DNA of 64,000 nucleotides from an uncultured Gammaproteobacteria bacterium (GCA_964503465.1 CAZCYZ010000002.1:70995-134994); one strand, 5' to 3'. Numbered from the stretch's first letter, positions 1 to 9,117 are shown. Numbers and translations are program-made. The notes: generated from the letters alone by a model not told the origin.

Positions 1-701
1 GCAAAAACTTTTTGGAGATATTCGTCTGGTTGAGCCGATTTGATATAGTCAAAAAGACGACTGATTTGAGCCTCGGACAAGCTTTTATTCTTGAGCTCTT
101 TAGTTACTCCATCAATACCAATTTTGTTGTACTTATCAAGACTTTGAAGAATACTATTTTGATCAGTGGTGATGTTGGTTTGGCCAAGAATTTGGGAGAG
201 AATTTGGCGGCTGTTAATACGAATCGAATATTTTTTAAAATTAAGTTTGGTAAGAATGTTGTAGATGACAGCAATGATTTCGGCGTCGTTTAAAGGGGAG
301 GGTGGACCGAAGGTGTCAATGTCACATTGAAGGATTTCGCGATATCGACCACGTTGCGGTTTTTCGGCTCGCCAAACGGGTTGGATTTGGTAGCGTTTAA
401 AGGGTAAGGGGATTTGATTATTGTAAATTGCCAGGATTTTGGAGACGGGAACAGTGAGGTCGTAACGTAAACCGACGGATCGATCACCCTGATCTTTGAA
501 GGAATATACTAGTTTGTCGGCTTCATCGCCGTATTTGCCCATTAGGGTGGAGGAATACTCGAGGGCGGGAGTTTCGAGTGGCTCAAAGCCGAATTTTTCA
601 AAGACTTCAACCAAGATGTCTTTGACATAGTTTCTAACTGCCATATTTTCAGGCAGAAAATCGCGAAATCCTTTTAATGTTTGTGGCATATTTTGATTCA
701 T
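1..701 (-). CDS. hisS: Histidyl-tRNA synthetase, partial. The N-terminal ~233 aa are in the window; the C-terminus runs off the 5' edge.
   Basis: My own translation of the minus strand from the ATG (complement of 699-701) gives MNQNMPQTLKGFRDFLPENM...KLVYSFKDQGDRSVGLRYDLTVP...RYQIQPVWRAEKPQRGRYREILQCD. This is open to position 1 and matches class II HisRS motifs 1 and 2. It is not in the ORF track because there is no stop inside the window. Confidence 0.8.
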   Translation of the reverse strand, partial: MNQNMPQTLKGFRDFLPENMAVRNYVKDILVEVFEKFGFEPLETPALEYSSTLMGKYGDEADKLVYSFKDQGDRSVGLRYDLTVPVSKILAIYNNQIPLPFKRYQIQPVWRAEKPQRGRYREILQCDIDTFGPPSPLNDAEIIAVIYNILTKLNFKKYSIRINSRQILSQILGQTNITTDQNSILQSLDKYNKIGIDGVTKELKNKSLSEAQISRLFDYIKSAQPDEYLQKVF

Positions 702-730
702 AGTTGATTTTAACATTGTAAATTTTTATA

Positions 731-753
731 GGGCCCGGCAAACTGCCGGGCCC
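731..753 (-). terminator. GC-rich hairpin gggcccggca-aac-tgccgggccc just downstream of the 765..1064 gene, followed by an AT-rich stretch. Probably a terminator. The hisS promoter may overlap it.
   Basis: Perfect 10-bp inverted repeat seen directly. Lies 12 nt 3' of the stop of the minus-strand ORF. Confidence 0.4.
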
Positions 754-764
754 CTACAAGTGGA

Positions 765-1064
765 TTAGTGAACACTTGAACGGTCTCGATTTTGGCTAAA
801 ACCGGTACATTTTCTGACTTCAATGAAAACAATGTTATTTTTTTCACCATACATGCTGTAGTTAGGCAAGAGGCGAACATACCCACCCAGTGGACGCTTA
901 GGGGAGGGCGCCAATCTTTTAGTGATTGCTGCTGGAGCAGTGTCGTTAAGTCTGGACATTATTAACTTTTTTTGGGCGTCATTTACAATAAATTGACGAC
1001 TAAAGGTGGTTTTGTAGTCCGGTGTTGCCTGTGGTTCGTATGATGGTGTTGTTTCTCTTGGCAT
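765..1064 (-). CDS. Small basic protein, possibly a divergent ribosomal protein L17.
   Basis: The C-terminus KRPLGGYVRLLPNYSMYGEKNNIVFIEV resembles the L17 C-terminal RPGGYTRIL...APMAxIEL signature. The N-terminus is atypical, so the call is weak. Confidence 0.35.
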   Translation of the reverse strand: MPRETTPSYEPQATPDYKTTFSRQFIVNDAQKKLIMSRLNDTAPAAITKRLAPSPKRPLGGYVRLLPNYSMYGEKNNIVFIEVRKCTGFSQNRDRSSVH

Positions 1065-1097
1065 AATTTGTTTAACTAATATTTTTGGGAATTAAAA

Positions 1098-1128
1098 AAT
1101 CCCCCAAGTACGGGGGATTTGGATATTA
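1098..1128 (-). terminator. Intrinsic terminator on the minus strand after tRNA-His. Stem aaatccccc/gggggattt with loop aagtac, then a T-run on the minus strand.
   Basis: Hairpin plus TTTTTTAATT read on the minus strand. Confidence 0.5.
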
Positions 1129-1231
1129 ATAAAGTTTTAGGTCAGCACCACCCCCGCGGAGTGAAGACCACGGTATGGGTGTGATGAGGAACAAATTTTA
1201 TTAACATATTTTTTTTAACTAAAAGTAATGT

Positions 1232-1270
1232 TCTCCCTTGTCAAAGGGAGAATTAAAGAGGGATTTAGGG
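1232..1270. repeat. Copy A of a ~35-bp palindromic element: TCTCCCTTGTCAAAGGGAGA, then ATTAAAGAGGGATTTAGG.
   Basis: Near-identical copy at 26920-26953. Reverse-orientation variant at 26568-26584. Core CTCCCTTGWCA also at 59952-59989, 25948-25985 and 37181-37204. Confidence 0.55.
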
Positions 1271-1344
1271 GTGACTGACGGGACTTGAACCCGCAACCAC
1301 TTGCTCCACAGGCAAGTGCTCTAACCAATTGAGCTACAGCCACC
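1270..1344 (-). tRNA. tRNA-His, anticodon GUG, with the extra 5' G(-1) opposite discriminator C.
   Basis: Manual fold of the reverse complement: G-1 plus GTGGCTG acceptor, anticodon stem-loop cttgc/CTGTGGA/gcaag (anticodon GTG), T-arm gcgGGTTCAAGTCCcgt. CCA is not encoded. It sits next to hisS. Confidence 0.85.
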
Positions 1345-1438
1345 ATAAATTAAAAGAACTATCCCGATGCTAATCGATCGGGATTGTATTTTTAGGCAAA
1401 ATTTGGCGTTTCAGTTCAAATTTTGACCTAAAAATACT

Positions 1439-1468
1439 AAAAAACCCGCCTATTTGGCGGGGTTTGAC
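1439..1468 (-). terminator. Intrinsic terminator for the 1563..2261 gene.
   Basis: aaacccgcc-tattt-ggcggggttt hairpin. On the minus strand it is followed by TTTTTT. Confidence 0.6.
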
Positions 1469-1562
1469 TTCATCAAAATCACCGCCACGAGTTAGTGGGC
1501 GTGGTGATGGTTACTTTTGATGAACATCATTGAAAGGGATTATAGGGAAATTATTATCGTTG

Positions 1563-2261
1563 TCAAGGTTTTGGGGTGGGGGAGGGAGATCCGCCAGTTG
1601 GCGGAGGGGCGTAATCAAGGTCGATAAGGGTAACGGCGGTGTAGGTGCCGCCAGTGCTGGTTTTGATGACAGCCACAAGGCGGTGTCCCTTGGTTAGGTT
1701 TTTGATATCAATTTTTTGTTTTTGGGGACCGTAACTTTCGGTGGTGTTGGTGGTTTTAATCTGGAACTGTTGGTTTTTGTTATTGAGGGGGACTAGGGTA
1801 AAGACAGGAGAAGTTTGGGAGGTGTCAGTAACTTGCCCAAAAATTAATTGGTCTTTTGGCTTGGTTGAGTCAAGTTCAATGGCAACTAGTCGTTTGGTAT
1901 CGAGGTTTTTATTGCTGTCCATGCGTCCGAGAGCGAGAAGGCCTTGGCCAATCTTGATGGTGCTAATTTTGGCTTTGTTGCGTTTGAGGTCAATATAAAT
2001 GGTGTCGGGAGAAATCTTAAGCCGGCGAAGGCTACTATTGTAGTCGATTACAATTTCGGTGGCGTCAGCGGTGGTAACTGTCCCAAAATAGCCTTTGGTT
2101 TGATCTTCTTCGGTGTCAGTGGTGATTTGTTTTAGTTTCTCCAGAACTTTCTGTTGGACTGCTTGACGAATTTTTTGAATGTCATCGGTTTTGGTGGGTA
2201 AGATTTCTGGAGTGGGGGTAGGACTGATGGCTAGAGCAATGAGGGAGAGGAGAGTAATCAT
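1563..2261 (-). CDS. Secreted or lipoprotein-like hypothetical protein with a Pro/Thr-rich C-terminal tail.
   Basis: N-terminal signal peptide MITLLSLIALAIS. 4-nt ATGA overlap with the upstream ORF. No recognisable domain. Confidence 0.5.
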   Translation of the reverse strand: MITLLSLIALAISPTPTPEILPTKTDDIQKIRQAVQQKVLEKLKQITTDTEEDQTKGYFGTVTTADATEIVIDYNSSLRRLKISPDTIYIDLKRNKAKISTIKIGQGLLALGRMDSNKNLDTKRLVAIELDSTKPKDQLIFGQVTDTSQTSPVFTLVPLNNKNQQFQIKTTNTTESYGPQKQKIDIKNLTKGHRLVAVIKTSTGGTYTAVTLIDLDYAPPPTGGSPSPTPKP

Positions 2262-2725
2262 AATTTGGCGGTTGAATAAGTGAGGTAAATTTGGGTTGAG
2301 TTTTGAGAATTATCCGTTGGATTAATACTGATAATTTGGATGGGATTAACGCCGCTATCAAGTTCTATGTCGGTGGAGAACGAGCCATTGCTGTCGGAGC
2401 TGGTTTGGGCAGTCTTGAGTGGACTTCGGATAACGACAATATTGTTGGGGTTGGTTGAGCCACGAATTTCGACTTTGGCAGTATTGACAACACTATTGTC
2501 TTTGGGGGAGTCGATAATTAGGCTAGAATTAGTAGTTTCCAGGGTGGGGGTGGGAAGAATGGTAGGTGACGGGCTTTGAGATATGGACGAGTTGGTTGGG
2601 GTGGCAGTTGGGGTGGGGGTAACGCCAGAGTGGTTTTTGTTTTGGCGAAGAGTTAGGAAACTGCCAGTAGCGCCAAATCCTAACAGAGCTCCAAGAAGGA
2701 TGGCAAGTAACAACTCTTTCATCAT
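2258..2725 (-). CDS. Secreted hypothetical protein: signal peptide, Thr/Pro linker, beta-rich domain.
   Basis: MMKELLLAILLGALLGFGATGS signal peptide, then a TPTPTATPT linker. Co-operonic with 1563..2261. Confidence 0.5.
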   Translation of the reverse strand: MMKELLLAILLGALLGFGATGSFLTLRQNKNHSGVTPTPTATPTNSSISQSPSPTILPTPTLETTNSSLIIDSPKDNSVVNTAKVEIRGSTNPNNIVVIRSPLKTAQTSSDSNGSFSTDIELDSGVNPIQIISINPTDNSQNSTQIYLTYSTAKL

Positions 2726-2738
2726 GGGTTTAGTTTAG

Positions 2739-3305
2739 ATGATATCAGAGGATGATAGAATTAGAAATATGGAGATAAAAAGAATCGAAAACAAAAATAT
2801 TGTTTTGGTGGGGAAAAAGGAAACAGTTTTGATTGATCCAAAAGAGTGGAATGATGAAAGAATTGTGCTTTTTACGCAATCGGGTAAACAACAGCTTTAC
2901 AATGGTAAGTCGGTGGTAATTAATGGTCCGGGTGAGTATGAAGTTGGGGGAGTCGAGGTAGAGGGGATAAGGGCCGGGGAGACGACAACGTATGTTTTGG
3001 GGGTTGATCGGGTAAGGATAGGAGTGATTGGGAAGATTGCCCAAGGGTTAACTGAAAAGAAAATTGATCGGATAAGTGAGCTTGATGTGTTGATATTTGA
3101 TTTAGGAATGGAGGTGGCGGTAAAAGAAATAATTAAATTAGCCAAAAAGTGGGGGGTGAATTATTTGTTGCCAGTAACTAATGGAAATGAAGATAAACTC
3201 AAAAAGTTTTTGGACGAGGTGGATCAGGAAGGTTTAGAAAAAGTGGCCAGTTTCAAGGTGGATAGAGATGAGTTGCCCGATGGGATGGAGGTGGTGTTGT
3301 TGTGA
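2739..3305 (+). CDS. Hypothetical protein, 188 aa, immediately upstream of dnaB and overlapping it.
   Basis: ORF with no His residues and no catalytic motif that I can recognise. 4-nt overlap with the dnaB GTG start. Confidence 0.4.
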   Translation: MISEDDRIRNMEIKRIENKNIVLVGKKETVLIDPKEWNDERIVLFTQSGKQQLYNGKSVVINGPGEYEVGGVEVEGIRAGETTTYVLGVDRVRIGVIGKIAQGLTEKKIDRISELDVLIFDLGMEVAVKEIIKLAKKWGVNYLLPVTNGNEDKLKKFLDEVDQEGLEKVASFKVDRDELPDGMEVVLL

Positions 3306-4609
3306 GTGACAAATTGCGACTGCCTCCAAGTTCAGAACAGGCAGAAGTGTCGGTGCTGGGGGCAATTTTGATCAATAATGATGCTATTTTAACGGCAGTT
3401 GAAATTTTAAAGCCAGAATATTTTTATAACCGGAACCTGGGTCAGATTTATGAGGCAATGTGTCGATTGTATGAGTCTAGGGCGCCGATTGATATTGTAA
3501 CGGTGTCAGAAAAGCTAAAAGAGCTAAAAACTTTAAAAGAAGTTGGAGGTAAGGCTTTTTTGACCTCGTTGGCAGCTGAGGTACCAACTGCAGCTAATGT
3601 GGAAAGTTATGCTCGGATTATTAAGTCTTTGGCGGCGAAGCGGGAAATCATTGCAGCGGCGGCTCGAATTACTGATAAGGCTTTTGACGAAGGTCTACCA
3701 TCAACGGAACTGTTGGACTTGGCTGAACAGGAAGTGTTTACTTTGTCGCAAAAACATTTAAAGTCGGTGCCGACTTCGCTGCGGGAAGTGTTGACTGAAA
3801 GTTTTGATAGATTGGACGAATTACAAAAACTTGGTAGTGGATTAAGAGGTATTGGAACCGGTTTTGGAGCATTGGATGGGATGCTCGCTGGAATGCAGGA
3901 TAGCAATTTGATAGTGGTGGCGGCTAGGCCAGGGGTGGGAAAAACAGCTTTTTGTTTGAATATTGCCCGATATGTGGCAGTGGAGTCTAAGCTACCGACC
4001 TGCATCTTTAGTTTGGAAATGAGCAAGGAGGAACTGGTAGACCGGTTGTTGGTCAGGCAGGGATTAATCGATGCTTGGAAATTAAAGACTGGCCAACTAA
4101 CGGATGATGACTTTGTATCCTTGTCAGAGGCGATGGGGGTGCTAGCAGAGGCACCATTATATATAGATGATACTCCCGGTTTAACGGTGACCGAGTTGCG
4201 AACAAAGGCTCGAAGATTGCAGGTGGATAAAGGGATAAGATTTATAATTGTGGATTATTTGCAGTTGATGCATGGGAGTACCCGGGATAATCGGGTGCAG
4301 GAAGTATCGGAAATTTCCCAGGGGTTAAAAAACTTGGCAAGGGAGTTAAAAGTGCCGATTTTGGCGGCAGCCCAGCTTTCCCGGGCGACGGAGGCCAGGG
4401 GAGGGAAGCCAAAGCTATCGGATTTGCGAGAATCGGGAAGTATTGAACAGGATTCGGACGTGGTGATGTTTTTACATCGGGAAGATGAGGATAATCGAGA
4501 ATTGGTGACTTTAAACATTGAGAAACATCGTAATGGTCCGACAGGGCAAATGAATCTCTACTTTAATGGCAAGCAAGTGAGTTTCTTTAATATTGAGAAG
4601 AAAGATTGA
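3302..4609 (+). CDS. dnaB: Replicative DNA helicase DnaB.
   Basis: DnaB N-terminal domain (SEQAEVSVLGAILINNDAI) and RecA-like C-terminal domain with Walker A GVGKTAF. Length 435 aa. Confidence 0.9.
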   Translation: MSDKLRLPPSSEQAEVSVLGAILINNDAILTAVEILKPEYFYNRNLGQIYEAMCRLYESRAPIDIVTVSEKLKELKTLKEVGGKAFLTSLAAEVPTAANVESYARIIKSLAAKREIIAAAARITDKAFDEGLPSTELLDLAEQEVFTLSQKHLKSVPTSLREVLTESFDRLDELQKLGSGLRGIGTGFGALDGMLAGMQDSNLIVVAARPGVGKTAFCLNIARYVAVESKLPTCIFSLEMSKEELVDRLLVRQGLIDAWKLKTGQLTDDDFVSLSEAMGVLAEAPLYIDDTPGLTVTELRTKARRLQVDKGIRFIIVDYLQLMHGSTRDNRVQEVSEISQGLKNLARELKVPILAAAQLSRATEARGGKPKLSDLRESGSIEQDSDVVMFLHREDEDNRELVTLNIEKHRNGPTGQMNLYFNGKQVSFFNIEKKD

Positions 4610-4623
4610 TAAAATAGAGTCAG

Positions 4624-4711
4624 GCCGATGTGGCGGAACTGGTAGACGCGCACGACTCAAAATCGTGTTCTGTAACCCAGAGTGTGGGTTCGACTCCCAC
4701 CTTCGGCACCA
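4624..4711 (+). tRNA. tRNA-Leu, anticodon CAA, long variable arm, CCA encoded.
   Basis: GCCGATGTGGCGGAACTGGTAGACGCGCACGACTCAAAATCGTG...GGGTTCGACTCCCACCTTCGGCACCA. Very close to canonical bacterial tRNA-Leu. The final A of CCA is shared with the ATG of the next ORF. Confidence 0.85.
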
Positions 4712-5355
4712 TGAACTTGGCGATATTTAAGACTTTGGGGATAGTGTTGTTTATGTATTTAACTTGGCGGAATTTAAGGGATGATTATTCGGAGGATGAC
4801 TTGGTGACTTATGGTTGGCTGTCAGTGTTGACGTTATTAGTTTTTGGCCGGTTGGCTTTTGGGCTAATAAACTGGGGGGTGTGGAATGAGCGGTGGTGGG
4901 ATTGGTTACTGTTTTGGGAGAAACCGGGAAGCAATGTTGTTTTTGGTTATGGAGGATTGTTGCTGATAACTGGTTGGTGGTCGAGGGTAAAGGGTTGGAA
5001 GGTATGGGCTTTGTTGGAGGATATTAGCCCGAACTTATTGGTGATGTTTTTATTAATATCGATTGACGAGATAGTTTGGTCGTGGCGGGGTTGGAGAGAT
5101 TGGGGGGTGGTGGGGATATTGTTGTTGGGTTTGGTGGCGGGAAGGTTTTTGTCTCAAAGATACCGGTCATTTGTATGGTATCGAAGCGGAAAAAAAGGTT
5201 TTGTTTTTTGGGCCGTTAATGCCATAATCTGGTTATCATGGTCCGTTTTAACCTGGGATTATCTAAAGTTGATCGTTGGTTTGATTTCTGTGGCAGGATT
5301 AGTTATTCTAGGGGATGTTTTTACACTGTTAAAAGTTGTAACTAAGAGGAGGTAA
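4711..5355 (+). CDS. Trp-rich polytopic membrane protein, hypothetical.
   Basis: The ORF-track ORF 4630..5355 begins inside the tRNA. The plausible start is the internal MNLAIFKTL. Multiple hydrophobic segments. Confidence 0.5.
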   Translation: MNLAIFKTLGIVLFMYLTWRNLRDDYSEDDLVTYGWLSVLTLLVFGRLAFGLINWGVWNERWWDWLLFWEKPGSNVVFGYGGLLLITGWWSRVKGWKVWALLEDISPNLLVMFLLISIDEIVWSWRGWRDWGVVGILLLGLVAGRFLSQRYRSFVWYRSGKKGFVFWAVNAIIWLSWSVLTWDYLKLIVGLISVAGLVILGDVFTLLKVVTKRR

Positions 5356-5356
5356 C

Positions 5357-5719
5357 ATGACAGGGTTGTTTCCATCAAATTTGCTAACACCAATTCAGAA
5401 GTTTTTGAAGGGAGAATTAGTTAAGCTTAAAAAGACGCGAAAGTCGATTAATAAGGCCGATCCGTTTAAGGATAGTGATCGGGCGGGAGAAAATTCTTTG
5501 GAGGAAGATGTAGATGAGCAGATTGGTCACTTCGATGCTGAAGTTAAGAATAATTTTATTAGTAAGCAGATTGTTCAACTTCGAAAGGCTTTGACGATGA
5601 TCAAGATTGGTCGTTACGGAATTTGTGAGAAATGTGGCAAGATGATAGATACGGATCGGTTGGCAGCTCGACCAGAGACGACTGTCTGTATTGATTGTCA
5701 AAAAGAATCGGAGAGTTAA
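5357..5719 (+). CDS. DksA/TraR-family C4 zinc-finger protein.
   Basis: C-terminal CEKCGKMIDTDRLAARPETTVCIDC (CxxC-17-CxxC), preceded by a coiled-coil region. Confidence 0.65.
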   Translation: MTGLFPSNLLTPIQKFLKGELVKLKKTRKSINKADPFKDSDRAGENSLEEDVDEQIGHFDAEVKNNFISKQIVQLRKALTMIKIGRYGICEKCGKMIDTDRLAARPETTVCIDCQKESES

Positions 5720-5722
5720 ATA

Positions 5723-6019
5723 GTGGTCTTGGCAAATCATGGTATTAGTTTTGGGATGAGTTTTCCTGGGGTGTGGTTGGTAGGATTGGTGGTGTGGATG
5801 TGGTTGGCGGTAGTGTGGTGGAAGAATAAATCTTGGGGTTTGGGTCTAATGCTAATAGGAGGGTTTTTGAATTTGGCGGAGAGAGTAGTTCTGGGGTATG
5901 TAACTGATTATTGGAAAGTTCCCGGGTTAAATCTTTATAATAATCTTAATGATTGGTTGATTTTTATTGGGGTAATCGTATTTGTAGGAGAAAACTTATG
6001 GAACAATCGGTCGAAATAG
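5723..6019 (+). CDS. Half-length lipoprotein signal peptidase (LspA)-like membrane protein, 98 aa.
   Basis: NHGISFGM resembles LspA N(T)GAAFS. IGGFLNLAERVVLGYVTDYW...NLNDW resembles LspA GGALGNLIDR...VVDF...NVAD. Followed by rluA as in the classic lspA-rluD pair. Confidence 0.45.
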   Translation: MVLANHGISFGMSFPGVWLVGLVVWMWLAVVWWKNKSWGLGLMLIGGFLNLAERVVLGYVTDYWKVPGLNLYNNLNDWLIFIGVIVFVGENLWNNRSK

Positions 6020-6684
6020 TATACAAAGACAGTGATTTGTTGGTGTTAAACAAGCCGGCTGGGTGGGTAACTACGAGGGAAAATCAAAAATCAAAGATTA
6101 AAGGTCAAAAATATATTGAGGATTGGGTGGAGGAAAATTACCCCAATGACCTACCAAGGAAGGGGATTGTCCACCGGTTAGATAAGGGGACGTCGGGATT
6201 GTTAGTAGTGGCCAGAAATGAGAAGTCACTGGCTTATTTGAAGAAGCAGTTTAAAGACAAACTGGTGGAAAAGAAATATTTGGCATTGGTAGTGGGTGAT
6301 TTACCTGGTGATGGGGTGATGGATGTGCCGATTGGGCGATTGTCGGGGCGGGGAAAATTCGGAGTCGTGGTTGGTGGAAGAGAAGCGAGAACAGAATTTA
6401 AGGTAGTGGCCAAATATCGGGGTTTATTGGGGTTGATAACACTTTTGGAACTGTCGCCCAAAACTGGCCGAACTCATCAGATAAGGGTTCACCTAAAATA
6501 TTTGGGTTGGCCGATTGTGGGGGATAGAAAATATGGTGGTTTAGCAGTTGCGGGGTTAAATCGGCCGTTTTTGCACGCTGCCAGCCTTAAAATTAATCAT
6601 CCGCAAAATGGGGAGCTGATGAAATTTGAAGTTGAATTAGCAGTGGAGTTGAAGACATTTCTGGCGACATATGAAAAAGTTTAA
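5953..6684 (+). CDS. RluA-family pseudouridine synthase.
   Basis: HRLDKGTSGLLVVA catalytic Asp motif. The likely true start is the internal MEQSVEIVYKD at about 5998. Confidence 0.8.
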   Translation: MVDFYWGNRICRRKLMEQSVEIVYKDSDLLVLNKPAGWVTTRENQKSKIKGQKYIEDWVEENYPNDLPRKGIVHRLDKGTSGLLVVARNEKSLAYLKKQFKDKLVEKKYLALVVGDLPGDGVMDVPIGRLSGRGKFGVVVGGREARTEFKVVAKYRGLLGLITLLELSPKTGRTHQIRVHLKYLGWPIVGDRKYGGLAVAGLNRPFLHAASLKINHPQNGELMKFEVELAVELKTFLATYEKV

Positions 6685-7504
6685 GATTAAGTTAGGAATA
6701 TGGTTAGCCCTGGTTGGGGTGGGATTGGGGTGGTGGTTTTTTAGCGGCAGATATGAGTGGAACAATGATATTAGATTGGTTGTCTTGGGTGATCAGGAGT
6801 TAGGATTGGTGTCAATTTCACCTGATAGGCGGATGATAAATATGGTGAAAGTTGAAGGTCAAGTGTCAGTTTGGATTCCTGGGGGTTTGGGTTGGTATCC
6901 GGTAAACCGTTTAAAGAAAATAGTGCATCAGGAGGGTAGTCGTAAGCTGGTAACCGAGGTAGCCTTTTATAATTTTGGTTTTGTTTCGGAAAGATTGGTT
7001 GAAGTTTCGTCTGTAGATGACTGGGAACGGGATAGGACTTTGTTGCCTTCTTTGGGGTGGAAAGAGTGGTTGAGGTTTAGATTAATATCGGCCAATATGT
7101 TGCCTCGAACAGAGGTCTTGTCGGGTTCCTTGGTCGACGATGATATTAAGCTTGACGATATGTTGGTAAGAGATTTGGCTGACAGCCAAATCGTTAATGA
7201 AGAAATGAGGCTGGTGGTGATTAATGCCAGTCGGGAAGTAGGAATGGCCAATTTTATTGCTAAAAGGTTGGAATGGTCCGGACTGACGGTGACCGACATC
7301 GACAAAAGTGATAATCCGATTGAGGGGTGTAAAATAGTGGCTAACAAAGATATGGAAAAGAGTACGGGTTTGGGAATGATTAGGAAGTGGTGGGGTTGTG
7401 AGCTGGAGTTGATTGAGGGCAGTGGTGGTGAAGTGGAATTGTATTTGGGTGATAAATTGGCGAAAATGTTAAACTATTCAAGTTATAATCAGTCTCCTAA
7501 TTAG
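6671..7504 (+). CDS. Membrane-anchored protein with a LytR_C-like C-terminal domain.
   Basis: N-terminal TM helix. The C-terminal segment MRLVVINASREVGMANFIAKRLEWSGLTVTDIDKSDNP resembles the LytR/CpsA/Psr C-terminal domain. Confidence 0.4.
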   Translation: MKKFKIKLGIWLALVGVGLGWWFFSGRYEWNNDIRLVVLGDQELGLVSISPDRRMINMVKVEGQVSVWIPGGLGWYPVNRLKKIVHQEGSRKLVTEVAFYNFGFVSERLVEVSSVDDWERDRTLLPSLGWKEWLRFRLISANMLPRTEVLSGSLVDDDIKLDDMLVRDLADSQIVNEEMRLVVINASREVGMANFIAKRLEWSGLTVTDIDKSDNPIEGCKIVANKDMEKSTGLGMIRKWWGCELELIEGSGGEVELYLGDKLAKMLNYSSYNQSPN

Positions 7505-7515
7505 GATAAAGTTGT

Positions 7516-8166
7516 ATGTCAGGGCATTCAAAGTGGGCTAATATTCAACATCGAAAAGGAATAGTGGACAAGAAAAGAAGTGAGGTGTTTACCAAGTTGG
7601 CGCGAAACATTTTGACGGCTTTGCGTCAGGGAAGTGATGTAGCTTTGCGATCGGCAATTGACAGGGCCAGGGAGGCCAATATGCCCAAAGAAAACATTGA
7701 GAGATTGCTGGCAAACTTTGAGCAAAGAAGAGCTAATTTGCAAACTTATTGGTTAGAGGGTTTTGGGGTTGGCGGAGTGGCAATAATGGTTGAAGTTGAG
7801 ACGGACAACAAGAATAGAATATTAACGGATGTAAGGTTAATTTTTCGCGATCATGGTGGAAATTTGGGGGAGGAGGGGAGTGTTGGATTTTTGTTTGATA
7901 AGCTAGTCGAGATTGAGGTGGAGGATTTATCGGATGAAAAACAGTTGGAACTAATTGACTTGGGAGTAAAGGAAATTGAGGGTAACAAATTTTGGGTGGA
8001 AACTGGAATGGAGGTGGGGAAGTTGGGGTTAAAGGTAGTTAGTTCACAAATAGTAATGAGGCCAAAGACTAAAATAAAAACTGGCTCTAGCCAGGAAGTT
8101 GATGATTTGGTATTAGCTTTGGAGGAAAATGATGAAGTGGTTAATGTTTATACTAATCAAGAATGA
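7516..8166 (+). CDS. YebC/PmpR-family probable transcriptional regulator.
   Basis: MSGHSKWANIQHRKG N-terminus and overall length are diagnostic. Confidence 0.9.
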   Translation: MSGHSKWANIQHRKGIVDKKRSEVFTKLARNILTALRQGSDVALRSAIDRAREANMPKENIERLLANFEQRRANLQTYWLEGFGVGGVAIMVEVETDNKNRILTDVRLIFRDHGGNLGEEGSVGFLFDKLVEIEVEDLSDEKQLELIDLGVKEIEGNKFWVETGMEVGKLGLKVVSSQIVMRPKTKIKTGSSQEVDDLVLALEENDEVVNVYTNQE

Positions 8167-8951
8167 ATATTAAGAGATTGCGGTACTTGGTTTCATCAAT
8201 AGCGGTGACGGCTGGATTTTATTTGTATTTGAACTTACCATACGAGATTAAATATTGGGGTTTAATGGTGGGGGTGGTGTTAATGGTTTTTTGTTTTTGG
8301 TTTGGTTTGGGGATTGTGTTTTCGGGTAGTTTTTATTTGAGATTGATGTCAATCTTGTTGCCAGTAGAGTTATTTGTTGGGTTAGGTCTGTTTATGGCTT
8401 TGTTGCCGTTGGGTTATTTCGGGATATTGATAGTCAGTTTGCTATTTGGGGCTTGGTGTTATGTAATTTTTTTGGTGGAGAATGTCTTTTTGGTATCGGT
8501 TGGTTATAAGCGGGTGCCATTATATCGGGCGGCCTATACGGTTAGCTTGGTAACATTATTACTTAATAGTTTTTTGGCTTTCAACAGCCTGTGGTCATTT
8601 AGATTACCTTTTTGGGCGAACTTTGTGATAACTTTTGTTATTGGGGTGGTGACTTTTTCTTATCAATTTTGGGCGGTGGCGATTGAACTGGCTGATGATG
8701 GAAAATCAAAAAACATTTGGGCCTATGTACTAATTCCGAGTCTGTTGTTGTCTCAATTGGCCTTAATATGGTCGTTTTGGCCTTTGGGTATTTTTCGGGG
8801 GTCAATTTATTTGGTGGCAGTGGTCTATATTCTTTGTAGCCTTCTCCAGGCTGATGTTCGAGAGAGGCTGTTTAAAAGGGTTTGGCAACAATATTTGTGG
8901 ATTGGAATGGCAACGGTGGTGGGATTATTAACCATGACTAAATGGCGATAA
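8163..8951 (+). CDS. Polytopic membrane protein, hypothetical.
   Basis: Multiple hydrophobic helices. 4-nt overlap with yebC. Confidence 0.45.
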   Translation: MNIKRLRYLVSSIAVTAGFYLYLNLPYEIKYWGLMVGVVLMVFCFWFGLGIVFSGSFYLRLMSILLPVELFVGLGLFMALLPLGYFGILIVSLLFGAWCYVIFLVENVFLVSVGYKRVPLYRAAYTVSLVTLLLNSFLAFNSLWSFRLPFWANFVITFVIGVVTFSYQFWAVAIELADDGKSKNIWAYVLIPSLLLSQLALIWSFWPLGIFRGSIYLVAVVYILCSLLQADVRERLFKRVWQQYLWIGMATVVGLLTMTKWR

Positions 8952-9089
8952 AGGATTAGAAATTTTTTAGGTCGGTGTCGAAGTGGGGGAGAGGGGAAGG
9001 GCCTATAATATTATTATCCCATAATATCATATCTTTTCACGGAATGGCCTATAATTTTCACAGAATATATGATATAGTATGATATAGTC

Positions 9090-9117
9090 TCGGTGGATAA
9101 CTTAAGTTATGGCGGAA
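9090..9117. other. Candidate dif-like Xer recombination site: TCGGTGGATAA-CTTAAG-TTATGGCGGAA (11-6-11).
   Basis: Seen in sequence: inner arms ATAA/TTAT around a 6-bp palindromic centre. The left arm resembles E. coli dif GGTGCGCATAA. It lies about 450 bp upstream of the only xer gene. Confidence 0.25.

Noticed and set aside
12-293. Plus-strand 93-aa ORF at the window start.
   Set aside because: It lies entirely inside the well-supported minus-strand hisS reading frame. It is a shadow ORF.
2739-3305. Initial impression of a metallo-beta-lactamase-fold protein (NGPGEYEVGG).
   Set aside because: The protein contains no histidines at all, so the HxHxDH site is impossible. Left as hypothetical.
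9040-9100. TTTTCACGG, TTTTCACAG and GTGGATAAC look like DnaA boxes, suggesting oriC.
   Set aside because: Only one near-consensus box. Genes converge on this region rather than diverge. The GTGGATAAC is better explained as the left arm of a dif-like site. No dnaA or dnaN is nearby.
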